From: Gammaproteobacteria bacterium
GTDB lineage: Bacteria; Pseudomonadota; Gammaproteobacteria; Burkholderiales; JAHFRG01
Assembly: GCA_041495205.1 (NCBI GenBank)
Contig: JBGQCF010000004.1
Location: 22,118-86,117, forward strand
DNA length: 64,000 nucleotides
Direction of reading: 5' to 3'
The translations under genes were made by a program, and so were the position numbers. A model generated the notes under the pieces. The model ran no database searches, had not been told where the DNA came from, and was given only the letters and a program-made list of their open reading frames with translations. This document shows positions 18,242 to 26,844 of this stretch, piece by piece. The stretch's first letter is position 1. Each line of letters opens with the position of its first letter.

Positions 18242-18934
18242 ATGAACACGACGGTGTTGATCGTTGAAGACGAGCCCGCCATTCAGGAACTCCTTTCCAC
18301 TACGCTGATCCGCGCCGGTTACGAAGTGCAGCGCGCGTCCGATGCGAATGTGGCAATGGATACGTTGCGTAACACTCTCCCGGACATGATTCTCCTCGAC
18401 TGGATGCTACCCGGCCGTTCAGGGCTGGCGTTTGCCCGCGAGCTCAGGAGCAACCCCCGCACCAAGACCGTGCCCATTATCATGGTGACGGCGCGGGTGG
18501 AGGAGGATAACAAAGTCACCGGCCTCGAACACGGTGTGGACGACTACATCACCAAACCGTTCTCGCCGCGGGAATTGCTGGCGAGAGTTAAGGCGGTACT
18601 GCGCCGGCGGGCGCCGCACTCCACCGATGATGCCGTCAAAATCGGCACCCTCGTCCTTGATCCGGTTTCGCACCGGATTGATGCCGGGGGCAAATCTCTG
18701 CGCATCGGCCCGACTGAATTCCGCTTGCTCCACTTTTTAATGACCCACCCGGATCGTGTATACTCGCGTGCACAACTGCTGGATCAAATCTGGGGCGACC
18801 ATGTGTTTTTGGGAGAACGCACAGTGGATGTCCATATCCGCCGCTTGCGCCTGGCCTTGGAGCCAAGCGGCCATGATAAATTGATTGAGACGGTGCGCGG
18901 TAGCGGTTATCTTCTCATCGGCAAACTTGTTTGA
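18242..18934 (+). CDS. phoB: phosphate regulon response regulator
   Basis: Receiver domain (LIVEDEPAI...DMILLDWMLPG) plus an OmpR/PhoB winged-helix output domain. Follows phoU. Confidence 0.9.
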   Translation: MNTTVLIVEDEPAIQELLSTTLIRAGYEVQRASDANVAMDTLRNTLPDMILLDWMLPGRSGLAFARELRSNPRTKTVPIIMVTARVEEDNKVTGLEHGVDDYITKPFSPRELLARVKAVLRRRAPHSTDDAVKIGTLVLDPVSHRIDAGGKSLRIGPTEFRLLHFLMTHPDRVYSRAQLLDQIWGDHVFLGERTVDVHIRRLRLALEPSGHDKLIETVRGSGYLLIGKLV

Positions 18935-20226
18935 TGGGCCCCCTCTGGAATCGCAGCGTTGCGACGCTGGCGATAATCCTGGCGATTTCTCTGCTCGGCG
19001 GACTGATGTTTGGTACGCTTGCGGCGTTAAGCATTCTCGCCATTGGCGCGTTACTCCTGGTTTTCTACCACACCCACCACCTTGCCCAACTTGAGCGCTG
19101 GGCACAAAGCGAGATGGACACCCCGGTGCCGCTGGGCAGCTGGGTGTGGGAGCAAGCATTTGCCAACCTTTACCGGCGTGTGCGCCGGCACAAAGAAACC
19201 GAAAAAAGCCTTGCCACCACGCTGGCGCGAATGCGCGAGGCCAGCGAAGCCATGCCCGACGGCATGGTGATTCTCACTGGCAATGACCACATCGAGTGGT
19301 TCAATCGGCGCATCATCAGCCACCTGGGCCTGGACCCGGAGCACGATATCGGCCAGCCGCTTGCCAATCTGGTGCGCCAACCTGAGATCGTCGAGTTCCT
19401 AGCGCACGGTAATTTTGGTGAACCGCTGATTGTGAAATTGGCGCGCGACCCGCGGCTCACTCTGGCGCTGCAGATCATTCCTTACGGTACCGAGCAAAAG
19501 CTCCTTGTCACCCGCGATGTCTCGAAGCTGGAGGAAGTGGAAACGGTGCGCCGGGACTTCATCGCCAACGTCTCGCACGAACTGCGTACCCCGCTTACCG
19601 TGCTGTGCGGGTTCCTTGAAACGCTGGAAAGCATGCCTCCGGACGATTCCGACGCACCGCGCTTTCTCAAGCTGATGAAAACCCAAGCTGACAGCATGCA
19701 ACGGCTGGTCAATGACCTGCTGACGCTTTCGCAGCTTGAAAGCCCGCAGAATCCACTCAAGGAAGAGCCGCTGGACATCGCCGGGCTGATGGAACGCGTG
19801 CATGGTGATGCGCTGGCATTAAGCGCCGGGCGCCACAAAATCCGCCTGCAAATCGATTCCAGCAGCAAAATATTGGGCAGCGAATCGGAGCTTGCCAGCG
19901 CGTTTGGCAACCTCGCCAGCAATGCCGTGCGCTACACCCCGCAAGGCGGAACAATCACGTTGCGTTGGTACAGCAATGGCAGTGGCGCGGTGTTTGAAGT
20001 GCGCGATAACGGGATCGGCATTGCGCCGGAACACATTCCGCGCATCACCGAACGTTTTTACCGCGTTGATCGCGGCCGTTCGCGCGAGACCGGCGGCACC
20101 GGTCTCGGGCTGGCTATCGTCAAGCACGTGGTGCTGCGGCACCAGGCCGAACTCGCCATCGACAGCACGCCGGGAAAAGGCAGCAGTTTTGCCATCCGCT
20201 TCCCCGCAACTCGCTGCATGCCTTGA
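18934..20226 (+). CDS. phoR: phosphate regulon sensor histidine kinase
   Basis: TM region, then PAS, then H-box (FIANVSHELRTPLT), N box and G boxes (DNGIGI, GGTGLGLAIV). The ATG at 18934 overlaps the phoB stop (TGATG). Confidence 0.9.
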   Translation: MGPLWNRSVATLAIILAISLLGGLMFGTLAALSILAIGALLLVFYHTHHLAQLERWAQSEMDTPVPLGSWVWEQAFANLYRRVRRHKETEKSLATTLARMREASEAMPDGMVILTGNDHIEWFNRRIISHLGLDPEHDIGQPLANLVRQPEIVEFLAHGNFGEPLIVKLARDPRLTLALQIIPYGTEQKLLVTRDVSKLEEVETVRRDFIANVSHELRTPLTVLCGFLETLESMPPDDSDAPRFLKLMKTQADSMQRLVNDLLTLSQLESPQNPLKEEPLDIAGLMERVHGDALALSAGRHKIRLQIDSSSKILGSESELASAFGNLASNAVRYTPQGGTITLRWYSNGSGAVFEVRDNGIGIAPEHIPRITERFYRVDRGRSRETGGTGLGLAIVKHVVLRHQAELAIDSTPGKGSSFAIRFPATRCMP

Positions 20227-20270
20227 CCACCGGCACAGGTTCAAGCCGATGTTGCGGATGAATTGCGGGG

Positions 20271-20308
20271 TTGACGCGCAAATAATATTTCCATATTATT
20301 GGAAATAT
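20271..20308 (+). promoter_or_regulatory. arsR promoter (TTGACG-17 nt-TATTAT) with embedded 9-bp inverted repeat operator
   Basis: Near-consensus -35 (20271-76) and -10 (20294-99). The inverted repeat ATATTTCCA-N6-TGGAAATAT (20285-20308) brackets the -10 and ends in the arsR ATG at 20307. Confidence 0.6.
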
Positions 20309-20654
20309 GGAATTAAAAAGCGCTCTACGCGCTCTTGAAGCCCTGTCTCAGGAATCGCGCCTGGCCGTTTTCAAATCGCTGGTTGAAGCCGGGCCCAATG
20401 GCCTTTCAGCCGGCCAAATCGCCGCGCATCTTCGCTTGCCCGCGCCGACCCTGTCGTTCCATTTGTCCCAGCTCAAACACGCGCAACTGGCATCATGCCA
20501 ACGCGCAAGTCGTTCCCTGATTTATTCGGCAAACTTTGGCACCATGAACGAGCTGGTCACCTTTCTTACCGAGAATTGTTGTGGCGGCGATCCGGAGCTT
20601 TGCGCTCCTGCAGGCGTTTTCCTCCGCGCCGGCAAGCGCAGGAAAAGAAAATGA
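20307..20654 (+). CDS. arsR: ArsR/SmtB family transcriptional repressor
   Basis: 115-aa winged HTH (SRLAVFKSLVEAGPNGLSAGQIAAHLRLPAPTLSFHLSQL). Has a C-terminal CCGG...C cysteine triad like As(III)-sensing ArsRs with C-terminal sites. Confidence 0.85.
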   Translation: MELKSALRALEALSQESRLAVFKSLVEAGPNGLSAGQIAAHLRLPAPTLSFHLSQLKHAQLASCQRASRSLIYSANFGTMNELVTFLTENCCGGDPELCAPAGVFLRAGKRRKRK

Positions 20655-20676
20655 GGCATTCCATCTTGGTCGCATC

Positions 20677-21198
20677 ATGAGCTGGAAAACCTACAACGTA
20701 CTTTTCCTGTGCACGCATAATTCAGCGCGCAGCATCTTGGCGGAAGCGCACCTCAACCACGTCGGCAAAGGCCGCTTCACCGCCTACAGTGCCGGCAGCC
20801 ACCCCCGAGGCAAGGTCAACCCATTCGCGCTTGAGCTGCTCGCGAAGAATCGCCTTAATACTACCAGCCTGCGTTCCAAGAGTTGGGACGAGTTCGCGCA
20901 GCCCGGAGCGCCGCGGATGGATTTCGTATTCACGGTATGCGATCAGGCGGCAGGAGAGATGTGTCCGATTTGGCCGGGGCAGCCTATGACGGCGCACTGG
21001 GGCGTTGATGATCCGGCTAAGGCCGAGGGCACTGACGAAGAGAAGCGTCGTTCATTTCTCGTCGCCTTTAAGGAACTGAGCACGCGCATCAACCTGTTCC
21101 TCAGTCTGCCGCTTGACAAGCTTGATCGGCTGGCGCTGACGAGGAAGCTCGCGGAAATCGGCCAAGCCGGCGCCGAGACGAAGGCACAATCGCAATGA
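20677..21198 (+). CDS. arsC: arsenate reductase, LMW-PTP (thioredoxin-coupled) type
   Basis: P-loop CTHNSARS (CX5R) plus the downstream Cys pair (VCDQAAGEMCP). ATG at 20677 is chosen; the longer ORF overlaps arsR. Confidence 0.88.
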   Translation: MSWKTYNVLFLCTHNSARSILAEAHLNHVGKGRFTAYSAGSHPRGKVNPFALELLAKNRLNTTSLRSKSWDEFAQPGAPRMDFVFTVCDQAAGEMCPIWPGQPMTAHWGVDDPAKAEGTDEEKRRSFLVAFKELSTRINLFLSLPLDKLDRLALTRKLAEIGQAGAETKAQSQ

Positions 21199-22268
21199 CC
21201 GTCGGGGCACAGGCTACCGCTGGGCCGACGATGAAGCCGACGATAAGTTTTTTCGAGCGCTGGCTCACGGTGTGGGTGGTTCTGTGCATCGTGGCAGGTG
21301 TCGCGCTCGGGCAGTCGCTGCCCGGAGTATTCCAGATGCTCGGGCGCCTGGAAATCGCCAAGGTGAACATCCCGGTGGGCGTTCTGATCTGGGTGATGAT
21401 CATCCCGATGCTGCTGAAGATCGACTTTGGTGCAATCGGGCAGGTACGGCAACACTGGCGCGGCATCGCCGTCACACTCGTTATCAATTGGCTGGTGAAA
21501 CCGTTCTCGATGGCCCTGCTGGGCTGGATTTTTGTGCGGCACGTGTTCGCAGCGTACTTGCCAGCCGACCAGGTAGACAGCTATTTCGCCGGGCTGATCC
21601 TGCTCGCTGCAGCGCCATGTACCGCAATGGTGTTCGTCTGGAGCCAGCTCTGTCGCGGTGATCCTTACTTTACACTGAGCCAGGTTGCGCTCAACGATAC
21701 GATCATGGTTTTTGCGTTCGCGCCCATCGTCGGCGTGCTGCTCGGATTGTCGGCAATCACGGTACCATGGGACACGCTTTTTACTTCCGTCGTCCTGTAC
21801 ATCTTGATTCCGCTGATTATCGCTCAACTCTGGCGCAGGGCCCTGCTGCGTGGAGGCCAAGGGCAGCTGCAGGAGATGCTCACTCGCGTCCAGCCATTCT
21901 CAGTGACTGCACTGCTGGTTATGCTCGTCCTGCTCTTTGCCTTTCAGGGTGAGCAAATCCTCAAACAGCCACTGATCATCGCAATCCTGGCCGTGCCGAT
22001 CGTGATCCAGGTCTACTTCAATTCCGCGCTGGCCTACCTGCTTAACCGGCGCTTCGGCGTTGCCCATTGCGTGGCGGGACCATCTGCGCTGATCGGCGCA
22101 AGCAACTTTTTCGAGCTCGCGGTCGCGGCTGCCATCAGCCTCTTCGGTTTCAATTCCGGCGCGGCACTCGCCACGGTCGTGGGCGTACTAATTGAGGTGC
22201 CGGTAATGCTCTCTGTGGTGAGGATAGTCAACGCGAGCAAGTCGTGGTACGAAAAGGAAAGACATTGA
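21195..22268 (+). CDS. acr3: ACR3 family arsenite efflux transporter
   Basis: 357-aa multi-TM protein with an ACR3-like N-terminus (FFERWLTVWV) and the conserved LAAAPCTAMV segment. ATGA overlap with the arsC stop. Confidence 0.88.
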   Translation: MTVGAQATAGPTMKPTISFFERWLTVWVVLCIVAGVALGQSLPGVFQMLGRLEIAKVNIPVGVLIWVMIIPMLLKIDFGAIGQVRQHWRGIAVTLVINWLVKPFSMALLGWIFVRHVFAAYLPADQVDSYFAGLILLAAAPCTAMVFVWSQLCRGDPYFTLSQVALNDTIMVFAFAPIVGVLLGLSAITVPWDTLFTSVVLYILIPLIIAQLWRRALLRGGQGQLQEMLTRVQPFSVTALLVMLVLLFAFQGEQILKQPLIIAILAVPIVIQVYFNSALAYLLNRRFGVAHCVAGPSALIGASNFFELAVAAAISLFGFNSGAALATVVGVLIEVPVMLSVVRIVNASKSWYEKERH

Positions 22269-22290
22269 GTTCATTCATCGCGGGGTTCGC

Positions 22291-22503
22291 ATGAATGCGT
22301 TGGCGACATCATTTGCCGCGCCTGCAGTCGAAGTTCGTCCCTTCGGCTTACTCCGCCCGAACGGAGTCGGCAAGAGAACGATGATCCGAATCCTTACGGG
22401 ACTCGCTCGGGCCGATCGCGTTGAATCCGACAGTGATCGACGAGGCCTGCACTCGCTGTGCCAACTCCAAAATCACCCACAAGCCATGAAGGAGACCGCA
22501 TGA
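22291..22503 (+). pseudogene. remnant of an ABC transporter ATPase N-terminus
   Basis: FGLLRPNGVGKRTMIRILTGL resembles FGLLGPNGAGKTTTIRxLTGL with a corrupted Walker A. The ORF stops after 70 aa with no signature or Walker B motif. Confidence 0.4.
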
Positions 22504-22925
22504 ACACACAGAAAATGACCTTCCACGTTGAAGCCCGGCGGATCGACGAGCACGGCAGCGTGTCACGCTGCAAGAACGCCGAGATCGCACTCGATACAGA
22601 TCTCGCTGGCAACCCTGACGCCTTCAACCCGGCGGAACTTCTGCTTGCCGCATTGTCGGCCTGCATGATCAAGGGCATCGAACGGGCCGTCCCTATACTC
22701 AAGTTCTCGCTGCGCGGCGTCGAGGTGCGGTTAGACGGTGTGCGGCAAGACGCACCGCCGAAGATGGAGTCGATCAGTTACGAGATCATCGTGGATACCG
22801 ATGAGTCGGATCATCGGCTGGAACTGCTGCACTACAATGTGAAGAAGTACAGCACTGTATTCAATACGGTGGCGCCGGGCACCCAGCTGTCAGGCGAATT
22901 GCGGCGCAAGCAGGTTAGCAAATGA
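22500..22925 (+). CDS. OsmC family peroxiredoxin-like protein
   Basis: 141 aa from the ATG at 22500, preceded by a GAAGGAGA RBS. OsmC-like motifs are present (NPAELLLAALSACM). Confidence 0.7.
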   Translation: MNTQKMTFHVEARRIDEHGSVSRCKNAEIALDTDLAGNPDAFNPAELLLAALSACMIKGIERAVPILKFSLRGVEVRLDGVRQDAPPKMESISYEIIVDTDESDHRLELLHYNVKKYSTVFNTVAPGTQLSGELRRKQVSK

Positions 22926-22948
22926 GCGTCCATCAGGACCGCCACATC

Positions 22949-22993
22949 GACCCCGTAGAGGGCTCGAACCAAGATTCCGGATTAACAATCAGC
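22949..22993 (-). other. degenerate tRNA 3'-half relic (GTT anticodon loop, Asn-like)
   Basis: The reverse complement GATTGTTAATCCGGAATCTTGGTTCGAGCCCTCTACGGGG resembles an anticodon loop plus T-arm plus acceptor. There is no 5' half. Confidence 0.4.
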
Positions 22994-23033
22994 GGGAATG
23001 ACCGCTTTGGGTCGATAGCCGACGTTGAGTGCC

Positions 23034-23077
23034 GGCTACCTCAGTAGGGCTCGAACCTACGACCTGTGGATCAACAG
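23034..23077 (-). other. tRNA 3'-half relic (GTT anticodon loop, Asn-like)
   Basis: The reverse complement CTGTTGATCCACAGGTCGTAGGTTCGAGCCCTACTGAGGTAGCC has an intact T-arm (GTAGG-TTCGAGC-CCTAC) and acceptor 3' strand. It lacks the 5' half. Confidence 0.55.
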
Positions 23078-23109
23078 TTTTCCAACATTTTCTGCCAGGG
23101 AGCTGAAAG

Positions 23110-23316
23110 GTGACTTATATATCTATCGAATCCCCTTGGGGATTTGAGGATCCTTCGCAAGCAAAAGGGACCGAAGAAGAGCGCCGCCGTATATTTCAAA
23201 GGGTGTTCCAGCAAATTATGGCCCGCATCCAGCTGTTTTTGAACTTGCCCATGGAAAAACTAGATGTGCTGTCGGTGCAACAGCGACTGAAAGATATTGG
23301 GAAGAGCAAGGTGTGA
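23110..23316 (+). pseudogene. C-terminal fragment of a second LMW-PTP arsC
   Basis: WGFEDPSQAKGTEEERRRIFQRVFQQIMARIQLFLNLPMEKLD parallels the intact arsC C-terminus (WGVDDPAKAEGTDEEKRRSFLVAFKELSTRINLFLSLPLDKLD). The catalytic N-terminus is missing. Confidence 0.7.
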
Positions 23317-23458
23317 CCATCGCGCGCGCCTTACTGGCAACTTTCCACTTCATACTGTTACAAAACAATCAAAAATCGTTCATTAAAGTTTCTTATTTTA
23401 CTGACAAACTGCTTGCTGCAAATGGACGGTAAGATAATCTTGATAGGAGATACATATC

Positions 23459-23755
23459 ATGAAGCAGCATGCATTCGAGTTCGACACATCAGTTGCGGCG
23501 GAAGGCTTCAGGCAGATACAGGCGGCGAATGAGCAGCCATTCAGCCAAGAACAGCACGACGCATGGCTTGAGCAGTTTTTGGCTAACGCGCGCAAGGCCT
23601 TTGGTCTACGGGTCAGAAACACCGGCATAGCCGCGCTTGCTCAGGAACTCGAACAACTGGGTTATTTCGGTTTTGCGTATTATCTCGATCTTCGCGCGAA
23701 GCGCGACCATTTGCATGCAACGTGGAAAGCCAGCCCGTGTGCCGGCTGCCAGTGA
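23459..23755 (+). CDS. hypothetical protein
   Basis: 98-aa ORF with an upstream GGAGA RBS. No family recognised. Confidence 0.35.
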   Translation: MKQHAFEFDTSVAAEGFRQIQAANEQPFSQEQHDAWLEQFLANARKAFGLRVRNTGIAALAQELEQLGYFGFAYYLDLRAKRDHLHATWKASPCAGCQ

Positions 23756-23899
23756 AAGCCAGGCACGGCAACTGTCAAATCCTGATTTTTTGAATCGGTT
23801 CAATGCCGGGGGAAAGTCCTGCTCCGGGAAAATCCGCCGTCACACCGCTTTGAGGACCAATGAATATTTGAGATACGGAAAAAGCGGCAACGGATGGAT

Positions 23900-23975
23900 T
23901 GGCGCGCCCTACTGGATTCGAACCAGTGACTTTTGGCTTCGGAGGCCAACACTCTATCCACTGAGCTAAGGGCGC
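23900..23975 (-). tRNA. tRNA-Arg (anticodon CCG)
   Basis: The 76-nt reverse complement is GCGCCCTTAGCTCAGTGGATAGAGTGTTGGCCTCCGAAGCCAAAAGTCACTGGTTCGAATCCAGTAGGGCGCGCCA. It folds as a cloverleaf with anticodon loop CTCCGAA, and CCA is encoded. Confidence 0.93.
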
Positions 23976-24096
23976 ATATTTGGCCAGCTGTTTATACTTT
24001 GACAGTTTAGCGTTTTTCCCCTGCAAGCGTCTATGACCGTATTGGAATTCCCGCTATAATTAACACTTTTTTAAGCTACTCTTCGAGGGATTTTCC

Positions 24097-24633
24097 ATGG
24101 GCGATGAGCACACCTCGTTAATCAAGACCCCGAAACAATTCATCATAGTGGTTTTGGCCGGCTTCCTGGTTCCCATCATCTCCATTGTCCTGATATCGCA
24201 ATTGGTTGTCAGCAGTCTGGGTGGCATCAGCAAGGACGACCCCGCGATGTCACCGGAAGCGGTAGCGAAGCGTTTGAAACCCATCGGCGAAATAGCGATG
24301 GCGGACTCCGCCGGCGCGGCAAAGATGGAAAGAAGCGGCGAAGAAGTGGTCAAGGCGGTGTGCGCCGCGTGTCATGCGACCGGTGTGTTGAACGCGCCTA
24401 AGATCGGCGACAAAAAAGCCTGGGCGGCGCGCCTTAAGAACGGCGAAGCCACGCTGGTGAAAAACGCAATCAACGGCATCCGCCAGATGCCAGCGCGCGG
24501 CGGCAACGCCGCGCTTTCGGATAATGAAGTGGCGCACGCCGTGGGGTATATGGCCAATCAGTCCGGCGTGAAATTCAAAGACGCGGCCGTTCAGCCTGCG
24601 GCGGCAACGCTACGCTTGCCGATGCCGAAGTGA
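24097..24633 (+). CDS. membrane-anchored class I c-type cytochrome (c5-like)
   Basis: N-terminal TM helix and a single CAACH haem-binding motif, with a distal Met region (IRQMPARGG). Confidence 0.8.
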   Translation: MGDEHTSLIKTPKQFIIVVLAGFLVPIISIVLISQLVVSSLGGISKDDPAMSPEAVAKRLKPIGEIAMADSAGAAKMERSGEEVVKAVCAACHATGVLNAPKIGDKKAWAARLKNGEATLVKNAINGIRQMPARGGNAALSDNEVAHAVGYMANQSGVKFKDAAVQPAAATLRLPMPK

Positions 24634-24692
24634 AAGCCGCAGTGGATTATATCGTCAGCCAGTCGAAATAAATTATCATGAGCATACGAAAG

Positions 24693-24722
24693 GCGCAGAA
24701 TTAGATCTGCGCTTTTTTTATT
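24693..24722 (+). terminator. rho-independent terminator
   Basis: GCGCAGA-attaga-TCTGCGC is a 7-bp stem followed by TTTTTTTATTT, downstream of the cytochrome c gene. Confidence 0.8.
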
Positions 24723-24746
24723 TCATCATCCCGTCTCATTTTATAA

Positions 24747-25574
24747 ATGGCGACTTACGCAATTGGTGACGTTCAAGGCTGCTTCAGTGCAATGCAGCAG
24801 CTGCTTGGCAAAGTCCGCTTCGATGCCGCGCGTGACCGACTGTGGTTTGTCGGCGATTTGGTCAACCGCGGGCCGGATTCGCTGGCCACACTGCGCTTTG
24901 TGAAAAACCTCGGTGACCGTGCTGTCGCCGTGCTTGGCAATCACGATCTGCATTTGCTGATGGTCGCGGAAGGCTGCGCCAAGCCGCTCAAAAACGATAC
25001 TTTACAAGAGGTGCTGGAGGCGCCGGATCGCAAGGAACTCCTGGATTGGCTGCGCTGCCAGCGCATGATGTACGCAGACGGCGGTTTTGTGATGGTGCAT
25101 GCAGGCCTGCTGCCCGCCTGGTCCGTGGAAAAGGCGCTGTCGCTGGCACGGGAAGTGGAAGACGCGCTGCGCGGAGAAAATTACCGCGAGCTGGTGGAGC
25201 GCATGTATGGCAACCATCCTCCTCAATGGCGCGATGATTTAACGGGCATTGACCGGTTGCGGGTGATTATCAACGCCATGACGCGGCTGCGCTTGTGCAC
25301 GGAACAGGGAGTGATGGAATTCGCTCACAAAGGAAAGCCGGAAAACGCGCCGCATGGCTATCTGCCGTGGTACGACGTGCCCGGACGCGTGAACCGTGAC
25401 GCCACGATTATTTGCGGACACTGGTCAGCGCTTGGTCTTTTTCTTCGGGATAATCTTCTGGCGCTGGATACGGGCTGTTTGTGGGGAGGAAATCTGTCTG
25501 CTGTGTGTCTGGAAAATCGCCGGGTGTTCCAGGTTTCCTGCGATGAACAGAAAGGTTCAACAGGCTGGCAATAA
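24747..25574 (+). CDS. apaH: bis(5'-nucleosyl)-tetraphosphatase, symmetrical
   Basis: 275 aa with metallophosphoesterase motifs (AIGDVQGC, GDLVNRGP, GNHD) and typical ApaH length. Confidence 0.9.
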   Translation: MATYAIGDVQGCFSAMQQLLGKVRFDAARDRLWFVGDLVNRGPDSLATLRFVKNLGDRAVAVLGNHDLHLLMVAEGCAKPLKNDTLQEVLEAPDRKELLDWLRCQRMMYADGGFVMVHAGLLPAWSVEKALSLAREVEDALRGENYRELVERMYGNHPPQWRDDLTGIDRLRVIINAMTRLRLCTEQGVMEFAHKGKPENAPHGYLPWYDVPGRVNRDATIICGHWSALGLFLRDNLLALDTGCLWGGNLSAVCLENRRVFQVSCDEQKGSTGWQ

Positions 25575-26304
25575 CGGCTTCGGCCGCGCGCGCGAGTTCC
25601 CTGCGGTTTTTTCCTTGAGCCGGAATCGGCTTGGCAAATATCAATTCCGCGCGTATCTCCTGCTGTGCCAAAATTTTTATCAGCGAGCCCATTAACGTCG
25701 TCTGGTCCACATAAGCCACTTCGGTGTTGACCGCGCCGTTGCGGTCGCAAAAACGCAGCGCCACCGGATAAAGCGTACTCTTCGACATCACCGCAGGTTC
25801 AAAAAGCGACGTATGAAACGCGTGAAGATTAGTGCCGTCGGCGGTCGTGCCTTCGGGGAAAATCGCGATGCAATCACCGCCGCGCAAGGCTTGATTGATG
25901 ATCTGGTTGGTGCGCGCGGTATCGCGGCGCTTCTCCCTTTCGATAAAAAGCGTGCCGGTTTTCACACACAGCCAGCCGATGATCGGCCATTTGCGCATCT
26001 CCGCCTTGGCGACAAAACGCGCGTAATACCGCGTGTAAAGTAAATGGACATCCAGCCAGGAAACATGATTGGTGGCCAGCATGGAATTGGCGGGCATGGC
26101 TGCGGGCGGATCACCTTTCACCACGAGCCGTACATTAAGAATTTCCAGCAGCTTCAATGACCAGCGCTTGAGGATGAGCGCCTGCCGCACTTTGTTGTAT
26201 CGCGGGTAAAAGAAAGCCATGAGCAGCACGACGTAGGCAACATGCACAAACAACCGGCAGAAGCGGTAGCAGCGTGTCAAATAAGCGGTTTGGTTGCGGC
26301 TCAT
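25408..26304 (-). CDS. lysophospholipid (1-acyl-sn-glycerol-3-phosphate-type) acyltransferase
   Basis: HX4D motif (NHVSWLD) and FPEGTT motif. The roughly 50-aa low-complexity C-terminal tail runs antisense into apaH. Confidence 0.8.
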   Translation of the reverse strand: MSRNQTAYLTRCYRFCRLFVHVAYVVLLMAFFYPRYNKVRQALILKRWSLKLLEILNVRLVVKGDPPAAMPANSMLATNHVSWLDVHLLYTRYYARFVAKAEMRKWPIIGWLCVKTGTLFIEREKRRDTARTNQIINQALRGGDCIAIFPEGTTADGTNLHAFHTSLFEPAVMSKSTLYPVALRFCDRNGAVNTEVAYVDQTTLMGSLIKILAQQEIRAELIFAKPIPAQGKNRRELARAAEAVIASLLNLSVHRRKPGTPGDFPDTQQTDFLPTNSPYPAPEDYPEEKDQALTSVRK

Positions 26305-26373
26305 TTATTTCCACTTATCTATAAATGACAAGCACGCCGTTATTGGCGGCAGCCACGGAGCTTCGCCTGCGAG

Positions 26374-26832
26374 CTAATGCGCAACCCGCGAGACGCCGCC
26401 TCCGGAAATCACATGTACCCGCTCGCCGGGCGAGAAATTTTCGTCCGCTTCCTGGGTAATTGCGATGGTATTCCCGCTGTCCAGCTTGACAATAATTTCC
26501 AGTCCGTCCCTGCGCGTCACCGCTTCCTCGACCGCCGAGCCGGCAATACCGCCCGCCACGACACCCAAAATCGCAGCAACCGCGCTCCCCTTGCCGCCGC
26601 CGACAGTGCTGCCAGCGACCCCGCCTACTGCGCCGCCGGCTACCGTGCCGATGGGGGTTTTGGTGCCTTCAATTTGCACCGGACGCACGCTTTCCACTGT
26701 GCCATACCTGACCGCCTGCTCCTGACGCGCCTGGCCGCGCGAATAAGCGCGGCCTGACATGCTTGACGCGCAGCCGTTGAGAATGAGACTAGCCGCGAGC
26801 AAGGCTAATAATAATGATGAGCTTTTCACCAT
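26374..26832 (-). CDS. glycine-zipper 2TM outer-membrane lipoprotein (SlyB-like)
   Basis: Lipobox LNGC/AS and a Gly-zipper (GGAVGGVAGSTVGGGKGSAVAAILGVVAGGIAG). Confidence 0.8.
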   Translation of the reverse strand: MVKSSSLLLALLAASLILNGCASSMSGRAYSRGQARQEQAVRYGTVESVRPVQIEGTKTPIGTVAGGAVGGVAGSTVGGGKGSAVAAILGVVAGGIAGSAVEEAVTRRDGLEIIVKLDSGNTIAITQEADENFSPGERVHVISGGGVSRVAH

Positions 26833-26844
26833 GACCTCCTAAAT

